Below, piece by piece: positions 1-10,118 of a stretch of 64,000 nucleotides of DNA. The notes under the pieces were generated by a model. It did no database searches. It had not been told where the DNA came from and worked only from the letters and a program-made list of their open reading frames with translations. This stretch comes from an uncultured Gemmatimonadaceae bacterium (GTDB taxonomy: Bacteria; Gemmatimonadota; Gemmatimonadetes; Gemmatimonadales; Gemmatimonadaceae). Numbering within the stretch: position 1 is the stretch's first letter; every line of letters begins with the position of its first letter. A program made the translations under genes and the position numbers. Location: NCBI GenBank assembly GCA_963790305.1, contig CAWBOC010000002.1, positions 160,001 through 224,000 on the forward strand, given 5' to 3'.

Positions 1-1
1 T

Positions 2-202
2 CTCGAGGCGCGTCCTCCCGCGGATACCTTCGTGGCGTTTGCTGGTGTGGTCGAGCGTCCGGCGGTAATCAATGCGGCCGACGAAGTCGTGCGAACCCCG
101 TCGCTGGCGCCGGTCCTGGTGCTCGCGTTGGGCGGTGTCGCGCCGAGAGATCCTGCTGCTCGTGAGGTTTTTGAGTTAGGCCGCAGTCTGATGCGCACTT
201 AA
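2..202 (+). CDS. serB: C-terminal fragment of HAD-family phosphoserine phosphatase (truncated by window edge)
   Basis: My translation of frame 2 reads LEARPPADTFVAFAGVVERPAVINAAD...LMRT*, resembling the PSP C-terminus after the GDGxxD motif; lies directly upstream of aminotransferase and serA. Confidence 0.6.
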   Translation, partial: LEARPPADTFVAFAGVVERPAVINAADEVVRTPSLAPVLVLALGGVAPRDPAAREVFELGRSLMRT

Positions 203-222
203 TTGCCCCTGACCTTTCTTGA

Positions 223-1305
223 ATGTTCGGAAAATTCTTCCTCCCCGGTCCCACAGAAGTCCGTCCCGAGATTCTCGCCGCGCAAACGCGGCCCATGATC
301 GGCCATCGCGGCAAGGCGATGGAGGAGCTGATCGCGTCACTCGCCCCGGGGCTCCAGTACGTCTTTCGGACGACACGCCCGGTGTACATCTCGTCGTCGT
401 CAGCGACCGGTCTCATGGAAGCGGCGGTGCGCAATGGCGCGCGCCGCAAGGTGCTGTCACTGGTAAACGGCGCCTTCAGCGAGCGCTTTCATCGCATCGC
501 GGTCGCCTGTGGTCTCGAGGCGGATGTGCTCGAGGTGCCGCTCGGCGAAGGTCATTCCCCGGACATGCTCGAGCATGCGCTGCGTCGCGCGGACTACGAC
601 GCCGTCACTGTCGTGCATTCGGAGACGTCGACCGGAGTGTTGAATCCGATCGCCGAGCTGGCGAAGGTGACGCACGCACGCGGTGATGTCGTGCTGCTCG
701 TCGACAGCGTCACCGGCATCGCCGGCTCGCCGGTGGAGACCAATGCGTGGGAGCTCGACTTCGTTCTCACCGGATCCCAAAAGGCGCTCGCGCTTCCTCC
801 CGGGCTCGCACTCGGTGTGGCGCGACCATCCCTGCTCGAGCGCGCGAAGGCCAAGAAGGACCGCGGCATTTACTTCGACTTCATCGAGTTCGAGAAGAAC
901 ATCGTCAAGAACCAGACGCCGAATACCCCGGCCCTTCCACTCTTCTACGCGCTCGCCGCGCAGCTCGAGGCCATTCGTCGCGAAACGATCGAAGCGCGGT
1001 GGGAGCGGCACGCCGCCATGGCCCACCGCACGTGGGCGTGGGCCGATGAAATGAAAGCACGCGGATTCGACATTCGCGTGCTCGCCCCTGAGGGCTATCG
1101 CTCATCGACTGTCACCTGCCTGACAATGCCCTCAGGACACACGGGATCGGCAGTCACATCGGCGCTCAAGCAGCGCGGCTTCACGATTGCTTCCGGGTAC
1201 GGCGGCCTCAAGGATGCGACCATTCGCATCGGTCACATGGGCGATCATACGGTGGCGGAGCTCGACGTGCTCCTCGCCGAGCTCGAGCAGGTGCTCGGGA
1301 CGTGA
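223..1305 (+). CDS. Class V PLP-dependent aminotransferase (AGT/serine-glyoxylate type; probable phosphoserine aminotransferase role)
   Basis: PGPT, VHSETSTG, VDSV, TGSQKALALPPG (PLP lysine), RIGHMG; GTGA overlap with serA. Confidence 0.9.
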   Translation: MFGKFFLPGPTEVRPEILAAQTRPMIGHRGKAMEELIASLAPGLQYVFRTTRPVYISSSSATGLMEAAVRNGARRKVLSLVNGAFSERFHRIAVACGLEADVLEVPLGEGHSPDMLEHALRRADYDAVTVVHSETSTGVLNPIAELAKVTHARGDVVLLVDSVTGIAGSPVETNAWELDFVLTGSQKALALPPGLALGVARPSLLERAKAKKDRGIYFDFIEFEKNIVKNQTPNTPALPLFYALAAQLEAIRRETIEARWERHAAMAHRTWAWADEMKARGFDIRVLAPEGYRSSTVTCLTMPSGHTGSAVTSALKQRGFTIASGYGGLKDATIRIGHMGDHTVAELDVLLAELEQVLGT

Positions 1306-2903
1306 GTGAATCGTTCAAGGTCCTCGTCGCGGACGCGATCGCCGCTGACGGTCTCGCTCCGTTGCGTGATGACGCGCGATTCGATCTGATCTCCAAACCT
1401 GGGCTGTCGGGTGACGCGCTGGCGACGGCAATGGCGGACGTCAATGCCGTGCTCGTCCGCAGCGCGACGAAGATCACGCGGGAATCGCTGGCGAAAGCCG
1501 AGCGACTCAAGGTCATCGGCCGCGCTGGAGTCGGCGTCGATACGATCGACGTCGACGCGGCGACGGAGAAGGGAATCGCCGTGCTCACGGCGCCGTCGGG
1601 AAACACGATATCGGCCTGCGAGCTCACCTTTGCGCTGCTGCTCGCGCTCGTCAGGCGCGTACCCGCCGCCGACCGGTCAATGCACGACGGCGCGTGGGAT
1701 CGCAAGAGCTTCGGCGGCGTCGAGCTCTACGGAAAGACGCTCGGCCTGGTGGGTGCAGGGCGGATTGGGGGAGAGGTGGCGAAGCGCGCCCGCGCGTTCG
1801 GCATGCGCGTATTGGTCTACGATCCCTATCTCACCGATGAGCGGGCGCGGGCGCTCGACGCACAGCTCATGAGCCTGGACGACGTTCTCGCTCGAGCCGA
1901 CGTCATCTCGTTGCACGTCCCACTCACCGAGGGCACGCAGGGCCTCATCGGCCGGGAGCGTCTTGCGCGGATGAAGCGCGGCGCGCTGGTGGTCAATGCT
2001 GCGCGAGGCGGCGTGATCGACGAGACCGCACTGGTCGAAGCGCTGCGTGAGAAGCGCATCGGGGGCGCCGCTCTGGATGTGTTCGAGCAGGAGCCGCTGC
2101 CCAAGGATCATCCCCTTCGCGCGCTCGACAACGTCGTGCTCACACCGCATCTCGGCGCCTCCACCGAGGAGGCGCAGCAGAACGTTGCGCTCGAGATCGC
2201 GGAAGCGGTTCGGGCCGCGCTCGCCAATGGCGACTTCTCGCGTGCCGTGAACGCCCCCGCGGTGGGTAGCGAAGAGATGCGACGGCTCCGGCCCCTGCTC
2301 GAGCTTGCCGAGCGATTGGGGCGGCTCGCGTCGACGATGCTGGATGGTGCGCCGGAGATGGCCGAGGTTCGCTACGCTGGCGGCGCCGATGAGGAAGCCC
2401 TGCGACCGTTGGCGGCGTCAGCCCTCGTCGGTCTGCTCTCGGCGATCGTTGGGCGCACGAACGTGAACTTCGTGAACGCGAGCCATCTCGCGAAGGCACG
2501 GGGGCTCGAGGTGCGTCGCACGAGGCTCGGTCCGCATCCCGCGTTCGCGGAGTTCGTCGAGCTGCGCGCCGCTAGTCGCGACCGCGAGGTACGGGTCTCG
2601 GGGGCGCTACTCGGAGGTGGGCATCCGCGCATCGTGCGCATCGGCGAGTACCACGTCGACGTGGTGCCGAAGGGAACGCTCGTGATCCTGCGCAATCGCA
2701 ATGTGCCGGGCGTCATCGGTCGCGTCGGCACGCTGCTGGGCAACGCCGGGATCAACATCGGCGAATACCACCAGGCGCGACTCGAAGCGGGCGGTGAGGC
2801 GATTGCCGCGATCAGCGTGGACGGGCGGCTCGACTCCGACGTGGTGGCGCGCTTGCGTGCGCTGCCGGAGGTCATCGACGCTCGTCAGGCGCAGCTCGAG
2901 TAA
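1302..2903 (+). CDS. serA: D-3-phosphoglycerate dehydrogenase (long form with ASB and ACT domains)
   Basis: RAGVGVD, GAGRIG, NAARGG, DVFEQEP, TPHLGASTEEAQ, C-terminal ACT (NVPGVIG). Confidence 0.95.
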   Translation: MSESFKVLVADAIAADGLAPLRDDARFDLISKPGLSGDALATAMADVNAVLVRSATKITRESLAKAERLKVIGRAGVGVDTIDVDAATEKGIAVLTAPSGNTISACELTFALLLALVRRVPAADRSMHDGAWDRKSFGGVELYGKTLGLVGAGRIGGEVAKRARAFGMRVLVYDPYLTDERARALDAQLMSLDDVLARADVISLHVPLTEGTQGLIGRERLARMKRGALVVNAARGGVIDETALVEALREKRIGGAALDVFEQEPLPKDHPLRALDNVVLTPHLGASTEEAQQNVALEIAEAVRAALANGDFSRAVNAPAVGSEEMRRLRPLLELAERLGRLASTMLDGAPEMAEVRYAGGADEEALRPLAASALVGLLSAIVGRTNVNFVNASHLAKARGLEVRRTRLGPHPAFAEFVELRAASRDREVRVSGALLGGGHPRIVRIGEYHVDVVPKGTLVILRNRNVPGVIGRVGTLLGNAGINIGEYHQARLEAGGEAIAAISVDGRLDSDVVARLRALPEVIDARQAQLE

Positions 2904-3327
2904 CCGACCGTGCGGGCGGGTCGCCGCACGGCTTTCGCCACGCGAGAATGGGGCTCTCGGGGGGTGTGACGCGGCCGTCGGCGACGAACGCGTAGGCAAT
3001 GCCCCGAACCGTATCGCCCTCAGCTGGCTGCCGCTCCAGGTTGATCCCCACGCCGACCGGCCACCAGGTGGGATAGAGAACGAGGCCGGGACCGCCGATG
3101 CGCGCGAACGAGGCGGCATCGTGCCGCGGCGCTCCATCCGTCGTCGACGCTTCGGGCGGTGGCGGTGAACCACGCGCGGTATACCTGGAGTGCCCGGCCG
3201 CCGTCCAGTCGAGCGAGGGTGACCACGCTCCGAACACGAATCCCCAGCACTCGTTAGGGCGCGGGTCGGGCGACTGGGCGGAGAGAGGGTTCGCGACCAT
3301 GGCGAGCAAAAGCGCGCCAAGGTACAC
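2872..3327 (-). CDS. Hypothetical secreted protein
   Basis: GTG at 3327 opens signal-peptide-like YLGALLLAMVANPLSAQ; 3' end overlaps serA by 32 bp. Confidence 0.55.
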   Translation of the reverse strand: MYLGALLLAMVANPLSAQSPDPRPNECWGFVFGAWSPSLDWTAAGHSRYTARGSPPPPEASTTDGAPRHDAASFARIGGPGLVLYPTWWPVGVGINLERQPAEGDTVRGIAYAFVADGRVTPPESPILAWRKPCGDPPARSVTRAAPDERR

Positions 3328-3398
3328 GAGGATGTCCAGGTCGTCGAGGTGATCGAGGATGAAGTCACCTCGATCACCTCGACATCCTCGATCACCTC
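3327..3398. repeat. Inverted tandem-repeat hairpin, 9-mer CGAGGTGAT / ATCACCTCG family
   Basis: cgaggatgt-ccaggtcgt-cgaggtgat-cgagg ... cctcgatca-cctcgacat-cctcgatca-cctc. Confidence 0.85.
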
Positions 3399-3404
3399 TG
3401 CTTC

Positions 3405-3851
3405 TCACGGTCCAATCACCTTCGCGAAACGTCGCCCGGTGTATTCGTAGCCGAGGTGCTGATAGAACGCGTGGGCGTCGGCGCGACGCTCCGCGCTCGT
3501 GACCATGATGCGGCCGCACTGCCAGACGCGCGCTTCGTCCTCCGCCCGCGCGATGAGCAGCCGTCCCACCCCCGCCCGCCGATCGCGTTCCGTGACCACC
3601 AGGGCGATGATCATGGCGACGTCGCTCAGCGACGTGAGCACCGGCATGCAATGCAGTCCCAGCACGCCCAGCACCGTCGCTTCGCGCTCGGCGACGAAGA
3701 CGCGCGATCCCTCGTGGACGAGCAGGCGGGCGAGCCGCGTGCGCACCCCGTCGGGCTGCGATGGATAGCCGAGCTCCCCGAGAAGCGCTGCGATCGCGCC
3801 GGCGTCCTCGATGATGGCGTCACGGACGCGAAAGGTGCTCGAGGTGCTCAA
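3405..3851 (-). CDS. GNAT family N-acetyltransferase
   Basis: ALVV..DRRAGVGRLL acetyl-CoA motif; AHAFYQHLGY. Confidence 0.9.
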   Translation of the reverse strand: MSTSSTFRVRDAIIEDAGAIAALLGELGYPSQPDGVRTRLARLLVHEGSRVFVAEREATVLGVLGLHCMPVLTSLSDVAMIIALVVTERDRRAGVGRLLIARAEDEARVWQCGRIMVTSAERRADAHAFYQHLGYEYTGRRFAKVIGP

Positions 3852-3889
3852 GGTGCTCGAGGGACTGCAGTTCGCACCTCGAGCACCTT
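3832..3889. repeat. Inverted tandem-repeat hairpin, 9-mer AGGTGCTCG family
   Basis: aggtgctcg x3, then gcacctcgagcacctt (perfect 16-bp complement of 3832-3847). Confidence 0.85.
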
Positions 3890-4653
3890 CATCTGCTCCT
3901 CATCCAATGCAGGAACGCTCGCTCGTCAGGCGTCAACGCGTCCGCGCCTTCCGCGGTCACCTTCGCACGAAGGCGGTCGAGCTCCTCGAGGGTCAGCGCA
4001 TGAAGCCCGTCGCGCTTGATGGAATCGAAGTCCGGGGCGCCGGTGCTCACGATGGGAGTGCGCGTTCCGAAGGTCGCGACCTCCATGCGCTTCTTGAACT
4101 TCTGCCGGTCGGAGCGCGCATCGAGCCAGCGAAGATAGAGGTACGCCGCCGCGTAGCCGCCGAGGTGTGCCCAGTGGGCGATCGATCCCCCGACGCTGCC
4201 AGTGCCCGACCACAGCGAGTACAGCGTCGTCACCACCACGAGGACCCGCGCCTCGACGGGCAGAATGCCCCAGATCATGATGCGATCGTGCGGCCAGAAC
4301 ATCGCGTAGGCGAGAAAAACTCCGAAAGTCGCACCAGAGGCGCCCACGATGAAGACGTTGGGCGTGAGGAACGACAGGAGGGCGCCGCCGAGCCCGCTCA
4401 GCAGGTAGAGCACGATGAATCGCGGACTGCCCAGGCGCTCTTCCACGCGCGGACCGAAGAAGTACAGGCTCAGCATGTTGAAGAACAGATGCCAGGGCCC
4501 GGCGTGCAGGAACATGTACGTGAACGCCGTCCACGGTTGCTGAAAGACGTCGCGCGCACGGAAGGCCAGCAGGGCGGGGATCTCTGGCATCGCCGCGCCT
4601 AACGCGAACATCACGACATTGGCGGCGAGCAGCCGCGCGACCCACGGCGTCAT
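3889..4653 (-). CDS. Rhomboid family intramembrane serine protease
   Basis: YMFLH, HLFFNM, GASG (Ser), AHWAHLGG (His). Confidence 0.93.
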   Translation of the reverse strand: MTPWVARLLAANVVMFALGAAMPEIPALLAFRARDVFQQPWTAFTYMFLHAGPWHLFFNMLSLYFFGPRVEERLGSPRFIVLYLLSGLGGALLSFLTPNVFIVGASGATFGVFLAYAMFWPHDRIMIWGILPVEARVLVVVTTLYSLWSGTGSVGGSIAHWAHLGGYAAAYLYLRWLDARSDRQKFKKRMEVATFGTRTPIVSTGAPDFDSIKRDGLHALTLEELDRLRAKVTAEGADALTPDERAFLHWMRSR

Positions 4654-4663
4654 GCCGCCGGTG

Positions 4664-4954
4664 TCAGCGAGCGGGCGGTTGAGATCCCGCCAGCCCGGAG
4701 GTGCGATCGGCCAACAGCTTCGTGGTGAATCGCTGCCCTTCCGAGATGCGCTCGACTTCGACCGCGATCGCATCGACGCCGGCCTCGAGGCGGCCCAGCC
4801 GCTCTTCGATTCTGGAGAGGTTCGGCGAGCCCCCCGAATCGCGTCGGTCGAGCCGACGCGCGATCACGCGCACCAGCGGAAGCCCGAGGACGGTGATCAC
4901 AATGGCGGGGAGCAGCATTTCCATTGTGTTGAGAAAGACGAGCTCGAGTGGCAT
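4664..4954 (-). CDS. Small single-TM protein with coiled-coil tail
   Basis: Hydrophobic N-terminus then ERLGRLEAGVDAIAVEVERISEGQRFTTKLL; coding-like codon bias. Confidence 0.75.
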   Translation of the reverse strand: MPLELVFLNTMEMLLPAIVITVLGLPLVRVIARRLDRRDSGGSPNLSRIEERLGRLEAGVDAIAVEVERISEGQRFTTKLLADRTSGLAGSQPPAR

Positions 4955-5136
4955 CGACGGCTCCGGACATGCTCAGGAGGGGGTGTCAGGCGCGTAGCGT
5001 ACATCGCATACGGGCGGGATGCAACGTTGGTGACACTACTGCCATCGCCGCTCGAAGTTTCGATGGAGCAGGGGATACCGACGGCACCGCGTGACGATTC
5101 CCGCGAGGTACAATCCCGAGCTAGATTCCGCACCAC

Positions 5137-6204
5137 ATGAGCTGGAACGAACTCCTCGCGTATCGGTGGCTCGGGAATCCGGTCGAGCAATGGCTGCTCG
5201 CCGCCGTGTTCATCATCCTCTCCACCGTGCTGTTGTGGGCGCTGAAGCGCCTCGCGGTGAGCCGCCTCTCCAGGTTCACCGCGCACACACGCACCGAGTT
5301 CGACGATCTCCTCGTCGTGCTGCTGAGCCGCACGCGAGTGATGCTCATCTTCATTGCCACGATTTCACCCGCCACGGCGCTTCTGGAATTCTCCCCGGGT
5401 GCGCACAACGTGCTGCGGGTCGTCTCGGTCGTGGCCCTCCTGGCGCAGATCGCCATCTGGGGAAACACGTTCATCACCTTCTGGACCGATCGATACGTTC
5501 GACGAGGAGACGGTGGAAGCGCAGGGACGACCGCGCTGTCGACGCTGGCGGTGCTCGCGCGAATCGCGATGGGCGGGCTGCTCATCCTCTTCCTGCTCGA
5601 CAACCTCGGCATCGACGTTACCGCGCTGCTCGCCGGCCTCGGGATCGGTGGGCTCATCATCGCCCTCGCCCTGCAGAACATGGTTGGCGACGTGCTGGCG
5701 GCGATGGGGATCCTCGTGGGCAAGCCGTTCGTCGTCGGCGACTTCATCGAGGCGCAGGGGATGATGGGGACCGTCGAATCGGTCGGATTGCGAGCGACGC
5801 GAATGCGCACACTCAGCGGTGATGAGCTGATCTTTCCCAACAGGAAACTGCTCGAGGGTACGATCAGGAATCACACGCGCATGACCGAGCGGCGCGTCGA
5901 TTTTCGCATCGCCGTCGCGTACGGCACGGCCCCTGAGAAGCTCGAGCGGATTCCCGGGATTGCACGGGCGGCCGTGAGCCAGCATCCCCTCGTTCGCTTC
6001 GACCGCGCCCACTTCCGCACGCTGCGCGACTGGTCGCTGGAGTTCGACGTCATCTACGTCATCGCGTCAGGGGACTTCACCGTGTACGCCGACATTCAGC
6101 AGCAGATCAATCTGGAGCTGATGCGTCGGCTGGATGCGGAAGGGATCCCCCTGGCGATGCCGACGCAGATCGTCGAGCTACAGACGATGAGCAAGGAGCA
6201 ATGA
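5137..6204 (+). CDS. mscS: Mechanosensitive channel of small conductance family
   Basis: LLAGLGIGGLIIALALQ, PFVVGDFI, GTVESVGLRATRMRT, FPN. Confidence 0.92.
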   Translation: MSWNELLAYRWLGNPVEQWLLAAVFIILSTVLLWALKRLAVSRLSRFTAHTRTEFDDLLVVLLSRTRVMLIFIATISPATALLEFSPGAHNVLRVVSVVALLAQIAIWGNTFITFWTDRYVRRGDGGSAGTTALSTLAVLARIAMGGLLILFLLDNLGIDVTALLAGLGIGGLIIALALQNMVGDVLAAMGILVGKPFVVGDFIEAQGMMGTVESVGLRATRMRTLSGDELIFPNRKLLEGTIRNHTRMTERRVDFRIAVAYGTAPEKLERIPGIARAAVSQHPLVRFDRAHFRTLRDWSLEFDVIYVIASGDFTVYADIQQQINLELMRRLDAEGIPLAMPTQIVELQTMSKEQ

Positions 6205-6233
6205 GGAGGAATTTCCAATCGACATCCTCCTCC

Positions 6234-6701
6234 TCATTTCTCAGTGCCCAACAATTCAACCTTCCACTCGACGGGAATCCCAGGATCGAGAGAGTCGCGG
6301 ACCGAGCAGTACTTGGTCACCGCCAGCTCCACGGCCCGCTCCGCGTGCTCGCGCTCGATGCCGGCCCCAGTGATGCGGAAGGTGAGCAGGATCCGACGCA
6401 CCTTGCGAGGGACGCGGTCATCGGCGCGCTCCCCAACGACGTCGATCTCCAGCGATTTCACCGGTGTTCGGCGCTTGGCGAGGATGCTGACGACGTCGAT
6501 CGACGAACACGCGCCGAGCGCGCTGAGCAGGACATCGACCGGGCTCTGCGCCACCTTGCCGTGCCCATCCACGCGCAGCGTCGGCCCGCCTGGGCGACCA
6601 GCCTCGAACTCCTCGTCCCCGCGCCAACGAATCACGACGTGATTCGGCGGTCGCACCGCGGCCGGCGCCGACGCCACGGCTGACTTCTCGTCCGGCGTCA
6701 C
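6234..6701 (-). CDS. OsmC/YhfA family protein
   Basis: [13 protein letters not shown] and KYCSV cysteine pair; GTGA overlap with upstream sulfurtransferase. Confidence 0.9.
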   Translation of the reverse strand: MTPDEKSAVASAPAAVRPPNHVVIRWRGDEEFEAGRPGGPTLRVDGHGKVAQSPVDVLLSALGACSSIDVVSILAKRRTPVKSLEIDVVGERADDRVPRKVRRILLTFRITGAGIEREHAERAVELAVTKYCSVRDSLDPGIPVEWKVELLGTEK

Positions 6702-7594
6702 TTCTCGATCGGCGCTCTCACCGAGTTTCCCCACTCCGTCCACGAGCCGTCGTAGTTGCGCACCTTCTCGTAGCCCAGCAAGTACGAGAGCACGAACCAG
6801 GTGTGCGATGAGCGCTCGCCAATGCGACAGTACGCGACGACATCATCGGATTTCTGGAGCCCCGCATCCCGCTCGTACAGTTGGCGAAGCTCGTCCGCGC
6901 TCTTGAAGGACCCATCCGGGTTTGCAGCGCGCGCCCAGGGGACGTTCTTCGCGCCGGGAATGTGTCCACCGCGGAGCACGCCCTCCTGGGGATACTCCGC
7001 CATATGCGTGCGCTGGCCGCTGAACTCCTCCGGCGAGCGGACATCGATGAGCGGACGGCGTCCCCGCATGTGCTCGAGGACCTCGTCCTTGAACGCGCGA
7101 ATACGCGAATCCTCCCGCTTGGGCGCCCGGTAGCGGGTCGGTGAAAACGTCTTCACCTCTGTGACCATCGGCCGTCCTTCCTTCTCCCACTTCGTCCGGC
7201 CGCCGTCGAGGATGCGGGCGTTCGTGAAGCCGAAGAGCTGGAACACCCAGAAGGCGTAGGTCGCCCACCAGTTGTTTTTGTCCCCGTAAAAAATGACGGT
7301 CGTGCTCTCGTCGATTCCTTTCGAGCGAAGCAGCTCCTCGAATTTCTCGGACGCGATGTAGTCGCGCACCACCGGATCGTTCAAATCGGCGTGCCAATCG
7401 ACCTTCTGCGCGTTCGGGATGTGTCCCGTGTCGAAGAGGAGCACGTCCTCATCGCTCTCCAGGATCCGGATGCTCGGGTCATCGAGATGTGCGGCGAGCC
7501 ATTCCGTGGTCACGAGCACCTCGGGTCGCGCATAGCCCTTTCGCGTGGTCTCGGCGTCGAGGCTCATGCCCGGCTCAGCAGCGGTGGAGGTCAT
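6698..7594 (-). CDS. Two-domain rhodanese/thiosulfate sulfurtransferase
   Basis: GHIP in both domains, active loop [16 protein letters not shown]. Confidence 0.95.
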   Translation of the reverse strand: MTSTAAEPGMSLDAETTRKGYARPEVLVTTEWLAAHLDDPSIRILESDEDVLLFDTGHIPNAQKVDWHADLNDPVVRDYIASEKFEELLRSKGIDESTTVIFYGDKNNWWATYAFWVFQLFGFTNARILDGGRTKWEKEGRPMVTEVKTFSPTRYRAPKREDSRIRAFKDEVLEHMRGRRPLIDVRSPEEFSGQRTHMAEYPQEGVLRGGHIPGAKNVPWARAANPDGSFKSADELRQLYERDAGLQKSDDVVAYCRIGERSSHTWFVLSYLLGYEKVRNYDGSWTEWGNSVRAPIEK

Positions 7595-7810
7595 GGTTCC
7601 CTCCCATCAATGGGGTTCTGCGTAGTGGTATGGAGCAGAGTCAGGCGTGTCAAGCTGGCGAGGCATTTCGGGGCGTCCTATACTCCCTCAACCGACGACG
7701 AAAACAGGAACGCCGACGGAGGGCGGAGGTGTTCATCGGGGTACAGACCCTGGTGTGCCCCTATGGTTCAAACGCCTTCACTCTCGTTTCGCGTTCCATC
7801 CAACCCCCGT

Positions 7811-9025
7811 ATGGTGACCGACCTGCGCGACCAGCTTCAGGCCTCGCTTGGTGACGCCTATCGGCTCGAACGCGAGCTGGGGGGCGGAGGAATGTCGCGC
7901 GTGTTCGTCGCCAAGGAGAAGGCGCTCGACCGGCGCGTGGTGATCAAGGTGCTGCCGCCGGAGCTCACCGGTACGCTCAGTATCGAGCGGTTTCGCCGGG
8001 AGATTCAACTGGCCGCGCGCGTGCACCATCCGCACGTGGTGCCCGTGCTGCTCGTCGGACAGGCGGATGGGGTGCTGTACTACACGATGCCGTACATCGA
8101 AGGGGAATCGCTGCGCGACCGGCTGGACCGCGAGGGACGCCTTTCGATCGATGATGTAATTCGCATCATGCGCGACGTCGCCGACGCGCTCAGCCACGCC
8201 CACGCGCTCGGCGTCATCCATCGGGATGTGAAGCCGGACAACATCCTCCTCGTCAGGCACCACGGGCTCGTCACCGATTTCGGTGTCGCGAAGGCATTGC
8301 GACAGTCACGGCAGCCGGAGGACCGGCGTGCGCGTGGACGCACGCCCTCTCACGGCATGGCACTGGGCACGCCGGCATACATGGCCCCGGAGCAGGCGGC
8401 CGCTGATCCAACCATCGACCACCGCGCCGACATCTATGCGCTCGGGTGCGTCGCGTATGAGATGCTGGCCGGGAAGCCGCCATTCACCGATCGGCCCCTG
8501 CAGAAGATTCTCGCCGCGCAGGTCGCCGAGCGACCAGTCACGATCTCGAAGCTGCGTCCCGACGTGAGCCCGGCACTCGAGAAGATCGTGATGCGGTGCC
8601 TGGAGAAGAATCCTGCGCAGCGATGGGTCGACGCCGACGACCTCACCGATGAGCTGAACACGCTCATGGCGCACAGCATCTCGCTGGCGAGCACCGGCGG
8701 GCAGGCGATCCTGCCGCGGCGTGTGCGAAGCCGGAGGGCCATCGTTGCCTATCTGGGATCGTCGATCGTCGTCGTCGCCGCGGCGCGTCTGGTGCGCGAC
8801 ATGTTCTCGCTGCCCGATTGGGTGCCCACCGGCGCCATGCTGATCATGGCGCTCGGTCTCCCCATCGTTCTGTTCACCGCGTTCCTCCACAGCTCCGCTC
8901 CGACCGGGGGCCCTTTTCGTCTTCGGGCCCGGCGCATCCTCACCTGGAAGACGACGGCGTTAGGCGCGTGGGTGGCGATCGGCCTGTTCGCGCTGGCGGT
9001 GGCGATTTATGCCATCGCGGAATGA
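7811..9025 (+). CDS. Hanks-type Ser/Thr protein kinase with C-terminal TM helices
   Basis: LGGGGMSRV, VIK, HRDVKPDN, DFG, GTPAYMAPE, DIYALG; start set at ATG 7811. Confidence 0.93.
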   Translation: MVTDLRDQLQASLGDAYRLERELGGGGMSRVFVAKEKALDRRVVIKVLPPELTGTLSIERFRREIQLAARVHHPHVVPVLLVGQADGVLYYTMPYIEGESLRDRLDREGRLSIDDVIRIMRDVADALSHAHALGVIHRDVKPDNILLVRHHGLVTDFGVAKALRQSRQPEDRRARGRTPSHGMALGTPAYMAPEQAAADPTIDHRADIYALGCVAYEMLAGKPPFTDRPLQKILAAQVAERPVTISKLRPDVSPALEKIVMRCLEKNPAQRWVDADDLTDELNTLMAHSISLASTGGQAILPRRVRSRRAIVAYLGSSIVVVAAARLVRDMFSLPDWVPTGAMLIMALGLPIVLFTAFLHSSAPTGGPFRLRARRILTWKTTALGAWVAIGLFALAVAIYAIAE

Positions 9026-9034
9026 CACAATTCA

Positions 9035-9095
9035 GAATGCGGAATACGGAATGCGGTGTGAGGAGCTACTCCGTTCGCATTCCGCATTCCGCATT
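9035..9095. repeat. Inverted tandem-repeat hairpin, 7-mer GAATGCG / CGCATTC family
   Basis: gaatgcg-gaatacg-gaatgcg ... cgcattc-cgcattc-cgcatt between convergent genes. Confidence 0.85.
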
Positions 9096-9100
9096 GCTCT

Positions 9101-9445
9101 CTAGGCGATCGGCACTCCGTTCGCTACGGAACCATCCACGCGCAACAAGACCACGTCCCCCTCGGCCGCGCACGCGCCGAGCACGAGGACTTCGCTCGCG
9201 AAGCCGGCGATGCGGCGCGGGGGAAAGTTGACGACCGCTACCACCTGTCGGCCGACGAGCGCCTCCGGCGTGTAGTGCAGCGTGATCTGCGCGCTCGATC
9301 GCTTCACCCCGATCTCGGGGCCAAAGTCGATCGCCAGCTTGATCAATGGTTTCCGCGCCTGCGGAAAGGGCTCCGCGCTGACGACCGTGCCGACGCGTAT
9401 GTCGATCTTCTGGAAGTCATCCAGAGTGGCCAGGGACTCGAACAA
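9101..9445 (-). CDS. csaA: tRNA-binding/export chaperone CsaA
   Basis: [39 protein letters not shown]. Confidence 0.92.
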   Translation of the reverse strand: MFESLATLDDFQKIDIRVGTVVSAEPFPQARKPLIKLAIDFGPEIGVKRSSAQITLHYTPEALVGRQVVAVVNFPPRRIAGFASEVLVLGACAAEGDVVLLRVDGSVANGVPIA

Positions 9446-9456
9446 TTCTCGTTCCT

Positions 9457-9690
9457 CTATTCGACTCGCTCGAGCTCATGAGCGAGAAACTCGGCCATCC
9501 AGAGCGCCCGCCCATCGTCGGTGCAGCGCTCCACCAGGTAGATCCCGTCAGCAACCTCTTCGACGACCATTCCGATCTCGCCGATACGCGGCTGCCGTGG
9601 TGGGTCGAGCGAGCTGTCAATGACGCGGTCGTCCCCCTCGAGGTTGACGATTCGCACCTGGTCCCGTGGATAGAAGGACGGGGATGGCAT
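9457..9690 (-). CDS. Small hypothetical protein
   Basis: Compact ORF co-oriented with csaA, coding-like composition. Confidence 0.6.
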   Translation of the reverse strand: MPSPSFYPRDQVRIVNLEGDDRVIDSSLDPPRQPRIGEIGMVVEEVADGIYLVERCTDDGRALWMAEFLAHELERVE

Positions 9691-9794
9691 CAGGGGAACA
9701 ATGGAAGCGCTCCGGCTTACCGGCCAGTGCCCGCGCCAACGGCGGACACTACATTGAATTCCTCACACCTCCCTTCTCGTTCCCTGTAATCTGA

Positions 9795-10118
9795 ATGGGC
9801 CAGTACAAGTACCACGTGTTCGTGTGCACGTCGGGGAAGGAGTGCCCGAAGCAGGGATCCGAGGAGGTGCACCGGGCGCTCAAGAAATGCGTTGGGGCCA
9901 CCGGCCTGAAGGGGCTCGTGCGCGTGAATCACGCGGGATGCATGAACCAATGTGGGCACGGCCCCATGGTCGTGGTCTATCCCGAAGACACCTGGTACGC
10001 GGGCGTCGACGTCGCGGGCGCGAACCGCATCGTGCTCGAGCATCTCATCGGCGGTACGCCGGTCGAGGAGTATCGCTATGTCGCTCCCCCGGGAGACAAC
10101 AAGCTCACGGATGATTGA
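9795..10118 (+). CDS. Thioredoxin-like [2Fe-2S] ferredoxin
   Basis: HVFVCxxxxxC ... GCMNQCGHGPMVVVYPE..WY. Confidence 0.92.
   Translation: MGQYKYHVFVCTSGKECPKQGSEEVHRALKKCVGATGLKGLVRVNHAGCMNQCGHGPMVVVYPEDTWYAGVDVAGANRIVLEHLIGGTPVEEYRYVAPPGDNKLTDD

Noticed and set aside
5005..5036. Possible ECF promoter GTCAC-N17-CGTA on minus strand
   Set aside because: Single short match; cognate sigma unknown
6200..6238. aatgaggagga / tcctcctcatt inverted repeat
   Set aside because: 11-bp stem between convergent genes, plausibly a plain terminator; not clearly in the repeat family
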